Shown piece by piece: positions 50,011 through 64,000 of a stretch of 64,000 nucleotides of DNA. The stretch lies in the NCBI GenBank assembly GCA_973851085.1, contig OZ316775.1:6386001-6450000 (forward strand), in the 5' to 3' direction. A model generated the notes under the pieces. That model was given only the letters and a program-made list of their open reading frames with translations, was not told the origin of the DNA and searched no databases. Both the position numbers and the translations under genes were made by a program. Within the stretch, counting starts at the first letter, position 1. Each line of letters starts with the position of its first letter. The stretch is from Ptychomitrium polyphyllum (lineage: Eukaryota).

Positions 50011-53000
50011 CGCAGTGCACGCCATTGCATTGACTCGTCCCCTTCCATCACAGCTATTTGTGCACTCACCTCCTTTGCCGAAGCAAAATCTCACCTCCTT
50101 CCATGCCAAAATCTCTTCACGCCATTTCCATTTATGGTTGGAGGCATGAAGCTTCAGCCACTTGATTGGTACACGTTTTATCATCTTGCACCACTTGCAT
50201 CACATTCGTCCACCTTGTGAAGAGACAGGATGAGTTTACAAGTAACTCCATTGCTTTGTATGCTATGTTCCTTCGACCATGTGTTATCTATGTGTGATCG
50301 ATGAATGTGCAAATGAATAAATGTGCTTGTCTATCCCTGCCCATCTCTTGTTTGTCCTATAATCTCATTTATTGTATGGTGTCATGATTTTTATTACATA
50401 ATGTATTATAATCTCATTTAGTGTAAATGAGATTATATTATATTATATATGCAATAGTGGCCCCACACTTATAATGAGGAAATTGATAGTATTATGAGTC
50501 AATTTATTCATTTTAAAGAAACTAAAAACTCTTATACAAATAAATTGTTTCATGCAAAAGTTACATCCTATATCTAATAGTGTTGATGTTGTATAACACT
50601 ATAATCTATTTAATTTTTCTTCATTACATATAGATATAGTGAATTCAATTTTTTGTACAAAAAATGATATTTGTGTAATATATGAGATTAGAAACTATTT
50701 TATTTTATAATAAATGTATCTTTTTGCTATAAGTTCTAATTTTATTACTATTTCTAAATGTAAAAAATATACTATTATTACTAATATTGAATTTTTGCAA
50801 ATTTTTATTGGATTTAAAATGTACTATATATACTTTATAAAAATTATTACTTCTTGAAGTATTATTTTTATTATATATCACAACATTAAGTGCAATTAGA
50901 CACTAACCATTATTTTTGGTATAACTTACTTTTGCACCAACAACAAAATCATAGTAATTACATCATAAAAACAATTTCTAAAGAAGTCTCCATAACATTT
51001 TAAAACCATAAGGGATTGTTTTTTTTGAAATTGATTCAATTGAATTATTTTAGCTAAATTCACTTTGAAATATTACAATAATAAATCAATGGATAATTGC
51101 ATATACAACGAATTTAGGTGTACAAATTCATATTATAATGTAGTATGCACTTGAAAAATCTTCATGTGCCAAAAATTGTAAAGTACATATAATTCTTTGG
51201 TTTTTTATAATCTTTAAAATAAAAATAAATTAATGTTGAATTATATTACAAACTTTTTTTGTAACTTTTTCGTGTGTCTTTTTAAATAAAACATACTCTA
51301 GAATTCAATAACTTCTAAGCCAAATGTAATTGTGATTAGCATGATCAAAAAATAGTTTCTTTTGTTTAGAGATTTTATGATGGCATAAAAAAAATTATTA
51401 TATTAGTATAATTAGATAATTCCAAGATAAAATCCAAGATAAAATCCAAGATAGATTTTATCTTGGGTTTTTTTGGATGGTAGCCATAAATTTTCCTTAT
51501 TATTAAACAATAGTTGATAACATTTTGATATTTGAACTATGCCTATATAAAATGTAGCTAAATATCCTTAATTATTTTTAAAAGTATAAAAATCAAAATC
51601 ATTAAAGGTATTATAATATTGTCCATGTAACTATTAGAATGGTTATAATAGTGTTTAAGACCAAAATTATGGCATTTCTATTGCATTCAATTGAAATGAA
51701 AGTCTTTTTTTTTGAAAATGTTTGATATGTATGGCCTATATTTTACAAACATACTAGACTTTGCTAAATGAATTGAATTCATTTGTCTTTAAAAATTCAT
51801 CAATTTTTCTTTTCCCTTCTATTATTAAGATGTTATGCAAGTAAATCTATAGTTTTCTCAAAAAAAATATAAAACACAATGTTTAAAATAATATTCATAT
51901 TTTTCAAATAAAATGTTTTATTTACTATAACATTTTGGCTATTTTCTTTTAAATCATTTAATAACAAATTGACTGTATTGATATCATTTTGGAAAAATTC
52001 AAACCAAAGGAATTAAATTTGCAATTCAATGAAGATAAAAAATTGATTTAATTTATTTCTAAAGTATAAAAATATAATCCAAAATAGAGTTGCAATTTAA
52101 AATGGATTGCATTTAAGCTTTAAAAATGAACTTTTACATGCCTATTTTCAAAAATGAGGAGAAATTCCACACCACAATCTATATTTATTAGAAATAAGCT
52201 CAAAAATGAAATGAATTGCTACTTTATACATGAAAGCCCTAATTTTATACTAGATTTTCTTTTTGTAGAATAGAGGTTGTTATCATCAAGTCAATATAAA
52301 TAATTGCATATTTATTCTAGTTATTATAAATGTATGATTGCAAAGAAATTCATTGTTCTTTCAATAGTATTGTATAAATTTGAATTGTATGTGACATATT
52401 TATGTAGAATGTAATCCAATAATAAGACATCAGTCATACAACAACCTCAATTATACAACCCAAAACTATAACAACCAAATTTTCTAGTTCAAAAATACCT
52501 TCATGTGTGCTGCTGTTTGTCTAAAATCCCCATGTCTTGGGCTGAAATTTATGCTTCCCCGCCTTCTATGAAAAATGTATAAAAGGTATAAGACGGCCCT
52601 AAGCCTACCAAGGTGGGCTCTTTTCACCTCCATTTGGATCATATTCCAAGACACGGTCTTTATGAATTGCGTTTAAACATGATTTAAAAACACTCCCATC
52701 AAAGGATGTTCTAGGATAGAATACTATCAAATTGAGTTTGAACATGGTCTAAACTTACATGTGAAAGTTTCCATGACCGCCCTTTGGGTCACAGATTGCA
52801 GATATGGTCTTTCTGATGTGAGCTTGAGAATGCTCTAAGCTTCCACCATTTGGTATTTTCAGGATGGAGTGCTGTAACTTACAGATGACATTGAAACTGG
52901 TGACGACCAGCACTCTTCTCATTCTCACGCATCCGAATGATTTCAATCGTGCCGTTGTTTTCAGATGGTTTCAAAACGTGTCCAATCAAACTGAATCTTT

Positions 53001-54505
53001 TTGTTCGTGGCAGCGGATGCTTGTGTAGAACTCTGGCGAGCTTGCTTCTTCATGCAGACGATTTTAACGTACTGCATTGACTGTTCATGGAGAAGTCGAC
53101 CTTTGGCTCCTGGATCGAGATCGTTCACAATGTGAGAATCGGGAGGGGGACCATGCCTGCCCCATAAAATAACAAGATCCTCAATGAGAAAACACGTCGC
53201 AGAGCCACAGATCCGGAAAAAGGGGATCCGTGCATGAGAAGGGTGGCAGCTGATAGAGACTCAAGGAGGAGCTGCTGTAGTGCACCCAGGTGGGGGGGGT
53301 TACGAAGAAGTGACGATCGGGAGAAGAGCGGCGTTCTTGGATGGAAGAGAAAAACGAGAACACGAGAGGAGGAATAGAAAAGAACGACATGCACCATGAT
53401 CTAGAAGAATACCACGACAACAACGATCAGTCACCTCAAACCAAGGCAGGGCCCTAGACCTGCAATAGGCAATCAGCCAGGGAAAAAGAAAGGCAATCGA
53501 GAAAGGAGCTCCAACAACGATGGCTGCGCGATGGCAGAAGTCCACAGTCATCCACCTGAAGAAATTTATGGTCACTTCCACACTTGGAGTCTAGATTCCT
53601 CTATTGGTCATCCTTGTATGGCATCCGTCACCCCGTCACCACCATAATACATAATGCCCCTTCTACAAACATTGAGTGAAATAAGGTTTGAAGTCCCATG
53701 CAATTGATTAATTCGTTTTTTTTTCATAAGTTTGATTATGTAGGAGTGATCAAATGGTGTTTTTGCAAAAGGTTGGATATCACAAGTAGATCAATCCATT
53801 AATCATTTAAACAACAACTAGTATCCATCACTTAATGGATGTATCCAAATTTCATTCAAGAGCTTCCATCTACCAATCTTATATGATCCTATTTGGTGGT
53901 TAATGGTTGATGATTTTAATAGGTTGTTGTTTACTAAATTACTCAATTGTATAATTCGATGATTCTTCATGCTATTGAAAGATTTTATGAACAAGTAGTA
54001 AATCTATTTTAAATTTAATTCTAAATATTTAATTCCTTAAATGACAACCTAGTTCCTATAATCATATTTACTTTCAATTCATTTGAGGTCAATTAATGAA
54101 TTAAGAGTAAGCATAATTTTTATTCCACTTTACAAATCAATAAATTCTCAAATATTTATAGCAATTACATTTTCAACAATTTATAGTCCAATTTATCTTC
54201 CAAACCTTTTCCGAGTCAAAGTTTTCAATTCCTTTTTTACTTTTAATTATTACATCTATAATTAAATGGTCATGATTCTTGGCTACTTTCTATACCTAGT
54301 ATGATTTCTTAAATATATATAACTTGGAATCTTAATAGTTTCAGTTTTTATGAAAAGATTGTAGAAATCTCAATGTTGAATCTGTTAGAGCCGTTTATAA
54401 AAAATACAAGTATTAAAAAAATTCAAGGTGGAAAACTGACCCAACAGATCCAAGTTTGACTACATTGAGAACAAATTGGGCAGTTAGGGATGAGTTAAAT
54501 AAGTG

Positions 54506-56629
54506 CTACAACAACCCTATCCATGGCAAGCCTAGTATAATAACAATTAAAGTTGATGGAAATCCGTATTCCAAGTGCTTCCAGAATGTCAAGTTGTAGC
54601 TTATTCCAGGTTCACATCTAGCTTTCTCACATACAATAATGTTTGCTGCTGATCCCACCAGCGTCAAGTTTCCTGCAACCGTGCTCACCCATGCCAGGAT
54701 CAACCATGCCTTGTCTGGGCTTGCTCCGTCTGTTGCCATTGCTGATGCTGCAACTCTTGGGCCTAACAGTAAAACTGGAAAAAAGGAAAACCAAAGTTTA
54801 GATATAGAAAATGAGATTTAGGTGATTTGAAAACAGTCACAGGACAGGTTTTATTTTGATGTTTGTTTGTGTATGATTCTAGAGTAGAATGATTCTAAAG
54901 CAGCCAGGATCCGCTTTGACATCAGGTTTGGGCTGCAGTAGGAAATAAACACCGTTCAACATGAGGGTGAAATTAGATGAAGGCCACTTTCATACGGTTC
55001 TACCTCACTTACTATTGTCTTTTTTTTTGGGTCAAAAAGTGGGAATTAACATCGTTTCTGATGGTTTCTCGTCAAACACCGATAATGAAACTTAACAGTG
55101 AACTTAACACTGTTGCAATTACTGTTGCAATGCGTAGCAAGATGTCTAAGAGTGTACCTGTTGGAACATTAGACGCCACATTCGAAAGGAAAGAAACGAC
55201 GATGGAAAGGATGACCTCGCCTCCTTTAGTGACAATTCGAGAGTATGGCTCCACTGCCTTCCATAATTGTGCAGGAGCTCCAGTTTTGTTGAAGCCTTCT
55301 ACAGTTATGAACATGCCAGAGAAGAATACCAGAATGGAGTACGAGACCTGCAAGGAAAAGAGCCAGTATGATCAGTTAGACGTTGGAACGGTCTACATAA
55401 TTTTTAAAATGCAAAAATCACCAAACAACTAACTTGAACATGATCAGTTCTCTTTGTGAACATTAAGAGACGTGTCCAAAAGATCTCTAACGTACCTTGT
55501 CTAGAGTTTCAGTGGCATCTGAGAAGTCCACCACCGTCAACACCAAAGCAGCTGAGATAGCGGTCCACGGAAGGCCCACCCCAGCTTCAAATATTTGCAA
55601 CATTCCACCAACTATCCAAGACACAACAATGAACAGGAATAGCAGAATTTTGATAACTTTTCGCTGGTGCTTCTTCAGAAACGTCTCCGCTACTCGCGCC
55701 AATTTCAATCCAGAACTACTCACTTCTCCTCCAGCACACTCGATACGAAAGCTATGGTTCCTCTGTGTCACCACCCCACCTTCTGAAGCTGACGAAGAAT
55801 TTGACGAGGTCAGCAGCGGGCTCCCTTCTTTATCCTCATCTGTGGACAACGAAGAACTGCTCTTCCTTGACGAGCCAACTTCATTTGAAATAATAATTTC
55901 CTCTCTCATTAAGCCATCCTCGATTAGGCTCCCTTCTTCATCTTCATCTGCTATATTAAATTTTTCTATAAGCGAATTATCAATTGGCTGCTCCGTTGAT
56001 TTAATTGAAAGGGAACGCCCATATACCAACCACAAGCCAGCCATGTTAAGCGCCAACCCCACTACCACAGCAGGAAGTATCCCGGTCACAAACTGCCCAA
56101 ATCCGAGCTTCCCTGAAACTGCAATCACCAGGTTCTGTGGATTGCCAATTGGAGTTGCAGCAGAGCCAATATTGGAGCTACAAGCAAGAGCTATAAGAAA
56201 TGGCTTGGGGTTGAGATTCTTCTCCCTACAAAGCTTGAGAACAAAGCCAGTCAGCACTACACAGGTGCTGTCATTTGTAAAAACAGCACTTGAAATGGCT
56301 GCCAGTAGACACACCCTGCAGAGTAGGTCTGTTCCACCTTGGGTTCTCCATGAGAGAGCTTTACCCAAATAATGAAACATGTGTGCCCTTTCAAGGTAAA
56401 CACTGATGACCATGGTTGCAAACAAGAGGCCAAGAATTGACAAATCCACTGCTTGAAAGGCGTCATCTGGGGATATTACTCCAAATAAGACCATAAGAGC
56501 AGCACCCACTAATGAACCTGCAGTTCGTCCTATTGGCAGGAGAGGGAAGGCTGGGAACACTGCCAGGAGCCACCATATTGCGAAGGCGATGCATCCCTTG
56601 ATGACCTTGTCTTCTGGTGCAAATGCCAT
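54506..56629 (-). CDS. LSI2: Lsi2-like silicon/arsenite efflux transporter (ArsB/NhaD/CitMHS superfamily), copy A. Exons 56629-55496, 55347-55158, 54774-54506
   Basis: [136 protein letters not shown]. Confidence 0.93.
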
Positions 56630-59600
56630 TTGTATTTGCACAAGGGTGCTAACGAACTATCTTGTGGTTACTGGAATTAGTGAAGGGTGTCAGAGTACTC
56701 AAATTTTACTCAGCAATTTGCTTTTTTCATTCTTTCTAATCGGGCATTCCACAATTCGTTGGTCTTCAAAACTCTTCTCAAGAGTAGATTTGTTCACTAG
56801 GTTTCCAAATCGCCTTGTATTGTGGAAACTCCTCTGACATCCCTGATATTATAATGTGCTAAAACCATGTAAGACTTCATACCTGTATACATGACTTGCT
56901 TGTCAATGACTCAGAGGTGCAGCAACTATGACTGCTGCACTAGAATTCAACAATAATAATTCTATTTTGACCAGGCAAACTCTAATTCGCTTGGAGGCGG
57001 TTTCCATGTATGACCATTCAAACAAAATCAGACAACCGAGATGAAAATTGCTTCACAAAAACCTGGCTGACTTGTCAGCCATTAGATTTATAATAGTTTC
57101 CCTGTCTGATTATTCATGAAACTGCTCCTTACATCTCAGATGATCGCTAACTCGCTCACACTTCAGGCGGAAATGGAGCATGGCTACTAGGACTACCCAC
57201 CAGCTTCGGAAAAGCTTGAAATTCTGAATACGAGTTATCTCGATATCTCAACACAAGCACTTCCTGGACTACAACAATACGAAGTACAGATGTGCACAGA
57301 TCATCAACGATCGTATGGTCAACGACCATATCAGCATCTTATTTCCTTATAACCAATAGTTGCAAACTACCATAGCAAACTACAAAGAAATAAGGAGCAA
57401 AGAAAAAAGACACTAGGATTTGGTGGGTGCCCCAACTGCATCGACATACCTAGGTTTACATGGAAATACGTTTCATCCGAAGTCACATTCAGCAATCAGT
57501 TCCAGCTCAGCTACAGGAACCGCAAACACCTAAGATTTGTTTTAAGATGGACTCATTGGATGGACTATGGTAGAAACCCCACAACGCCTTCTTTCGGTAC
57601 AGGTATTCAAATCTCACCAAGTTATCAGAAACCATAAACAAACTTAGTAAGATGAAATGAAGGCCAGATTCATCTGCCACGAAAGGCTTACAGAACACTC
57701 GTCTTTCTTTACAGCACAATCTTCCCCAATTTCACAAACTTCCTCAACACCTATAACACAGGATGAATACGAATACATTGACAGAGTAGAGGGGTTGTCA
57801 CTCACGTGTTCAGCAGCCTGCTGGATGAAGCTGAGCGCTGGGAGGACACAGAATCCAACGCCACTGCCACAAGACATATCCGCATCTTGGTGCTCCCAAG
57901 TCGCCAGCCGAACAGGGGCAGAGCTTCCACTGAAATGACTCAACTTCACCCTTACCCAACAATCTTCCCAAACCACAAGCATGCCTGTTGCCAAGCATAC
58001 TTTTACCAACCAGACTACTGTACAGCTGGGACTGCACTTCCGGATCCAAAATATCTGCGCAATAATAAATCATATTAACACATTCCAGAAATTGCAAGGC
58101 CACAGTTGGAACTTCATTGTAACTTAAATTATTATTCTAAGAACAGAAAACGCAGGCTTAGTAGAATCGTGTACGACATAGCACAGAATCATGTGCTTAG
58201 AAGTAGGCAAAGATCATGCGTCCTGCCTCGAAGCAACGGAGAAAATTCCTGAAATCATGAGTAGCTTTAGGTGCGATTACTGAAGCAAGGGACGCGACGA
58301 CGAAAAATTGACCCGAGACTGTACTAAGAGACTACCTCGTGTTGGATTGCGTCATAAGTGAAACAGTACATACCGACAGTCATCAATTATCATTCTGGGA
58401 CTGCAGTCTTACGGTCTTCCATTCTGCCATGCATCATCGGCCCGGCAAAAAGCATCATGATAAGCATAAGCCAAGAATATTTCCACCCATGGAGTTAGTA
58501 GGGGAGGCCAACGAACGTCTGTTCGCAATGGCTCCTAGTGGACCTGGTGGCCTCTTCTATAGGTGGTGAGTAAATTATGGAATTTCAATTTTAAAATCTT
58601 GACAGGAGCAAGACCACTTATATTGGTGCACACTCCACCCACTGGATACATATGAGATTGGAATTAAAGTTCTATTCTGGTCCAGGTGCGATCTACCCAC
58701 CAATCCTTCCTGGAAGATGGCCCTTACACGCTGGTATAAAAGGTCTTTATGCTTTGTTTCTATTTTTAATGAATTCTTTCTTCAAGTGCGTGGTTGATCC
58801 CCTTGAATCCAACCAAGGAGATTAGGCCATGAGAATGATGACATGCTTAATTTGGGGTTGGATCACCTCATGCTTGCGGGAGCGAAGGTAAAAATGTAGG
58901 TGATAACATCCGAAACTGTAGTATGTGAGGCTAACTTAGTCCAGTTTTCAACGCAAGTAGTCTCAAAAATACTCCGTGATTGATAGGTTTGATAGAGTTT
59001 GGAGAACTAGAATATTTTCCACATGGGCATAGCCTTCCAATGGTGCTCGGCAACTGATATCCAGGAATAAAAGAATTTAAGATACTTACACAAAGAGATG
59101 TAAGTATCTACTTCCGTAAGGGTTCTTGTGGCTAGTGTCTATTTCCTAAACGAAGTAGTTCTAAACCAGTGTCCAGTAGACATAGGCTCAGCTGTGGAAC
59201 GAAGATACTCATTCCTTCCGCTCCCCTTTGGAGAGCGGAGGTCTTTGAGCATGATCATCCTGGATCCGTTACTACTAACAAAATTAACAACTGTACATCC
59301 ATAGTCTGAACTCATGTACAAAGATACAGTATTTAGGACTTCAAATACTAACAGTACCAGTCCCAACTTTGACATTACTTATGTCTTGTTGCAAGAGCTT
59401 CATGGAGGTAACGACAGCCGTTCGATGATCTGTAAATTAATCGATAATTACTAGTAAATGATAAAACACGATACAAATCCACCAACTGATAAGGAAGATG
59501 ATATTAACATGTTTGTACCCCGTCAACGAACACATCATATTTAATGGGGTATGAACTTCGTAATCATAACAAGATACCGATAGATACAAATTTCAAAGGA

Positions 59601-59681
59601 ACGAAAAAGAGAAACGCACCTAACCAAGACTTAAATGCGACGTAATTGTGACGTAGATGCAGCTCTTCATGCAATGAAACA

Positions 59682-62353
59682 TCAGAGTTTTCGCAGCACA
59701 ATAGGGAACACACCGACAGCAATAACAATTAAAGTCGATGGAAACCCGAACTTTAGATGACTCCAAAATCTCAGGTCGTAGGTTGCCCTCTCAGGCAGCC
59801 CTTGTGGGTCACCTGTAAGATCACTCAACTGTTTTTCACGCAGCTCTTTCTCTGCCTGTGTTTCCCTCGCTTGTTCACAGACAATAATATTTGCAGCAGA
59901 ACCGACCAAAGTCAAGTTTCCAGCCACTGTACTTACCCACGCTAGAAGTAACCATGCCTTATCAGAACTTGCTCCGGGTGTGCCTGCTGCTGATGCTGCT
60001 AACCTTGGCCCCAACAATATAACTGTAGGCAAATGAATGGCACCACAATTAGCAATCTTGATGAACTTATTATTCAGATTATAGAAGTGAAATGGATTAT
60101 GTCACTTCAATTCTTCATGATCATTAGCGCTTGCTTGTTACAGAATATTAAATCGGATGGTACAGGTCTTATATCCCGTCCTTAGCACCAAAACCATTCT
60201 GGTTAATTCCGAACTAGTAAAGGCAGGCTGGCTCTAATGTAAAAAGTTGGCAGCACCAAAAGGATTAACGAAACAACTCTTTTTAAATAAAGGTAAATCT
60301 GGTTACATACAAGAACGAATTCAATGTGTTCCCCGTTCTAAAACATTTTAAGGTTCGTTAGTTGCACGGAAGGGCTAGATGACGATATACTCATGTGTAC
60401 GGTTTGGAGGATAGAGTATAGAAACGACCGGCACCTGTAGGAACATTAGACACCACATTGGAGAGGACAGTAACAACTAGAGACAGCACACTGACCCCAC
60501 TCGCAGTATTAATCTGAGAATGCGGTTCCACTGCTGCCCAAAACACTCCAGGAGCACCAGTATTGTTGAAGCCAGATGTTGCGATAAACATACCAGAGAA
60601 GAAAACCAGCAAAGCGTAATTAACCTGCGCAAGTAGTATTTCAGCGGTTCAGGGTACTTCCCAAATTTTTGCAGGTCAGTTGTAAATTTTGTGAGTGTTA
60701 GATAATCTTTCAATGTCTAACGTCTAAGTTTTGCAATTCTAACATAACCATGACATGATTCAAATCCTAAACTCAGAATCTTTGCAACTACTCGTACAAG
60801 AGACAGTGATAAACAGCACCGGTGATGTTTTACAATTCTGTAATTTGTGAAAACTGAAACATCAAAACAAGTAAATTTTCTAAAATTCTAGAAATTTCTA
60901 ATCAGCTATTCATAACCTTAATTATATTGACACATTACATTGTTAGAATTCCCTACTCGATACGATATTGACGAGCATACATATGTAACATGGCCGCACA
61001 TTGGTGACAATGGCACTTGAGAAAACCCAGAACAAGGATAAGGGAGCGAGCAAAAACCTTATCGAGATTCGGCCCTGCATCTGAGAAATCGAGTACCATC
61101 ATAACCACGGCAGCAGTCATTGCGGTCCACGGAAGGCTCAGTCCCGCTAAAAGAGCGGCGAGCATACCCAGTGTCACAAGGTACACACTAGTTTTCCAGA
61201 TTCTCTGCTGATGTTTCCTCCAAGCTAACCTTACGAGGTACACTCTCTGACCAAACATAACAGCACACTTATTCCGACGTACAACCCCACTAAACAGGGC
61301 GAACACTTTGGAAATGCCTCTCTTCTCACGCACTCCGCTATTTTCGACATCTGGTTTGTTCTGAATTTCGTCATTAGCATTTTTTTTGTTTCGGGCAGGC
61401 AAGGGCTGCATAATGCCGATTGGCCCAACACTGTGATGGCTCCCTTCGCCATGGTCTGAGATATCACCATTTTCCAGCACAAAATTTCTAACGTGATCAC
61501 TCTGCGGATCATCTCTACTTGAAATCTCTAAATTTGAATCATGGTCTGACCTATCATTATTTCTCCAAGAAGCAAAGCTATTGAGCATAAATAAAAGTGT
61601 AAATCTTCCATAATCTTTTTCAAGCACTTCAATTCTTGAATTCGCTGAATCCCCGTCCACAAGGAGATCAATATCCTGGCTCGGTGTACTCTCAAGTGAG
61701 AGTGAACGCCCATAAACTACCACCAATAACAAAGTATTCACCAACAACCCTAATGCCGTTGCAGGGAGCACACCTGCTAAAAAACGCCCAAAACTGATGT
61801 GGCTGTTAATGGCAATGACAAGATTCTGAGGATTTCCAATAGGCGTCGCAGAAGAGCCGATATTGGAGCTACAAGCTAGGGCAAGAAGGAATGGCTTGGG
61901 GTGGAGCTTTTTGTCCCTACAAAGCTTCAGCACAAAGCCCGTCAACAAAACGCACGTGGTGTCATTTGTGAACAGAGCACTTGACAGAGCCGCCAGGAAA
62001 CTCACCCTGCACAGAAGGTCATTCCCGCCCCGCGTTCTCCACGAAAGTGCGCGTCCTATATACTCGAAAAGGCCGGCTCTACCGAGGTACACGCTTACCA
62101 CCATAGTTCCAAAGAGAAGAGCAAGAATAGAAAGATCCACTGCCGCGAACGCCGCTTCGGGAGAGAGGACTTGAAAAACAACCATCAGAGTGGCACCAAC
62201 GAGCGAGCCTGCAGTTCTGCCAATCGGGACTAAGGGCACTCTTGAAGAAACGGCAAATACCCACCATACTGCAAATGCAATGCATCCAAGAGCGACTTTG
62301 GATGGCGAAGCCCATGTCGTTCCTCCCGCTTCCGATGACAGTTCCTCCTCCAT
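59682..62353 (-). CDS. LSI2: Lsi2-like transporter, copy B. Exons 62353-61058, 60624-60435, 60022-59682
   Basis: Same motif set as copy A ([76 protein letters not shown]) and identical intron positions. Confidence 0.93.
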
Positions 62354-63004
62354 AGCCCGGACCCCTGGCCACCCGGACTGGCGAGGCCCCCAAGCACGGA
62401 AAGCGCTATTCTTAGACAGGGAGACTGGTTGAGCATCAATGTATAAACATCACCATATTCTGCAAAGATTCTGGAAACAAATGTGGCAGCGGATGTTGCA
62501 CTCCAGGCTACCAGCAGAGCACATTCCAGGCTGTAGCACCGAGGGGCGCCTTGCAATCCAGCAGATTTGGAAGAGCACATACCGTCCCATTTGGAAGAAC
62601 CTGGGTGGGTGTCAAAGTGTCCTCACACAATCAGTCTTTGTACAAAACCAAGCAAAATGACAACGCGCCTAGCGCCTGGGTGAGACAGATTTACAGCTTC
62701 AACGATGCGAGAGATGCACGACCCATCGTTGGCATACACGCCGCAGGTCATTGTCACTCCGTATATCACAGACCTGTGAACTTCCATCTCCGGTTAACTT
62801 GCAAGCATGCCTTACCTGTAGAACCCGAAGGCACAGCAGGGAACAGCACAACACAGCTCACAGGAGGAACTGTGTGTCATGAGCGAGCAAGAGTCTCAGA
62901 CGACTGTGCAGCGCCAAGAACACAGCCGGTGTTGGACGTCCGACCGAATGTGAGGCTCTGAGGCGCCACTTCTACTCTTCCGCTGTGCTCATGGCTCTCT
63001 AGCT

Positions 63005-63045
63005 TCGCTCGCCACTAATGCCTCGCTCGCCACTAATGCCTCGCT
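63005..63045. repeat. 18-bp tandem duplication (TCGCTCGCCACTAATGCC) upstream of Lsi2 copy B
   Basis: Two copies plus a partial third, flanked on both sides by CTCTCTAGCTT. Confidence 0.8.
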
Positions 63046-64000
63046 CTCTAGCTTTACGTCACGAAAGCCAACGGTTACATCAGATGCCAGCAAAACGGCT
63101 CACCTTCCATATTCCTTGGGCGAATTTCTGCATATGCTGGTGTCCCATCCACCGAGGTGTCATATAGGAGTATCGTCCTTGTAGCATTCGTTGATTCCAC
63201 ATAACATGGACGCCACCTTCTTTTTGCGTGGGTTGTCTTTTGTTGAATAGGCTTTCACTCACCCTCCATGCGATATTGTCATTGTCTATGAGTTGTGTCT
63301 GTTGCTTGTGAGTTGTGTTTGTCACCTTGTTTTCTCATGTACGGGTATTAGGGATGTAAGAAACAAAGAATTAGAGAAGAAGTGGTTTCAAGAATTAGCC
63401 TGCATGAGTTGTTGGATGTTAAACAACAAGGATTGGTGCAAAAACAAAAAACAAGGCAATGCTATGGATAATGCTCCACAATTTACATTGGCAAGATAGA
63501 GGTGTACCTTATCTTACCTCTTATTTATACCATGAAATTTATGCTTTTTAAAATACTTTTAAAAAAACTTCTTATAAAGCTACAAAATGTTCTAAAGGTT
63601 CATAAAGAGAGCAACCAAAGAAAGCAAAAAGCTATAGAAGATATAAAAAAACTATTGAAAGCTACTAAAAGATTTTTAGAAGATTATGTTTGTAATATAT
63701 ATATATTTGTGATAGTAGGTGTGCATGGCATGTAATAAAGAGAAATTTTATCTAACAAAATTCCTCCCAATTGGATCTATTGTAGATACATGATAAGCCT
63801 TCTACACAATTCTACAGTCTTAGAATCTTACAAAAACCTTAACTAGCTTGCCGATTGAATCTATAGCAAAGTTAACATACAATAATTCAAAATGATTAAA
63901 GATATAAGAAAAATTATGCTTCATTAAACAACTTCTTTACAACAATATTGTTCCTCTTATTGAATTTCAACTAGCATGCCATATCTCCTTTACATTGTAA

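Noticed and set aside
49836..50220. ORFs with poly(LS/IG), (NA/KA) and (CQ) runs
   Set aside because: They are artefacts of the hexamer microsatellite.
55497..56372. 291-aa + strand ORF
   Set aside because: It is the antisense shadow of Lsi2 copy A exon 1.
63075..63080. AUG-stop (ATGTAA) upstream of Lsi2 copy B, reminiscent of boron-sensing minimal uORFs
   Set aside because: A common hexamer, probably upstream of the TSS, with no equivalent established for copy A.

Overview
Eukaryotic plant genomic DNA. Gene style, intron structure and the alternation of GC-richer gene islands with very AT-rich decayed intergenic blocks suggest a moss such as Physcomitrium patens (inference, not verified). 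From left to right: the 5' half of a minus-strand Ty1/copia LTR retrotransposon (LTR with TTAGGG/GCC-box repeats, half-tRNA-iMet PBS, gag-PR-IN broken by one in-frame TGA); a glyoxalase I-like (VOC) gene; a 7-exon NERD-type PD-(D/E)xK nuclease gene; a fossil DUF7869/Sola-like DDE transposase; an ORF-poor, apparently spliced minus-strand locus (about 21-25.3 kb) with several centrally bulged complements of conserved miRNAs; CHMP7 (ESCRT); a GDSL lipase; a peroxisomal 3-ketoacyl-CoA thiolase with an atypical PTS2; a large intron-containing OVATE-family gene; and a tandem pair of Lsi2-like (ArsB/CitMHS-type) transporter genes. Exon boundaries were read by eye from GT-AG sites and frame continuity. 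No database searches were run, so family and miRNA assignments rest on recalled sequences and motifs.
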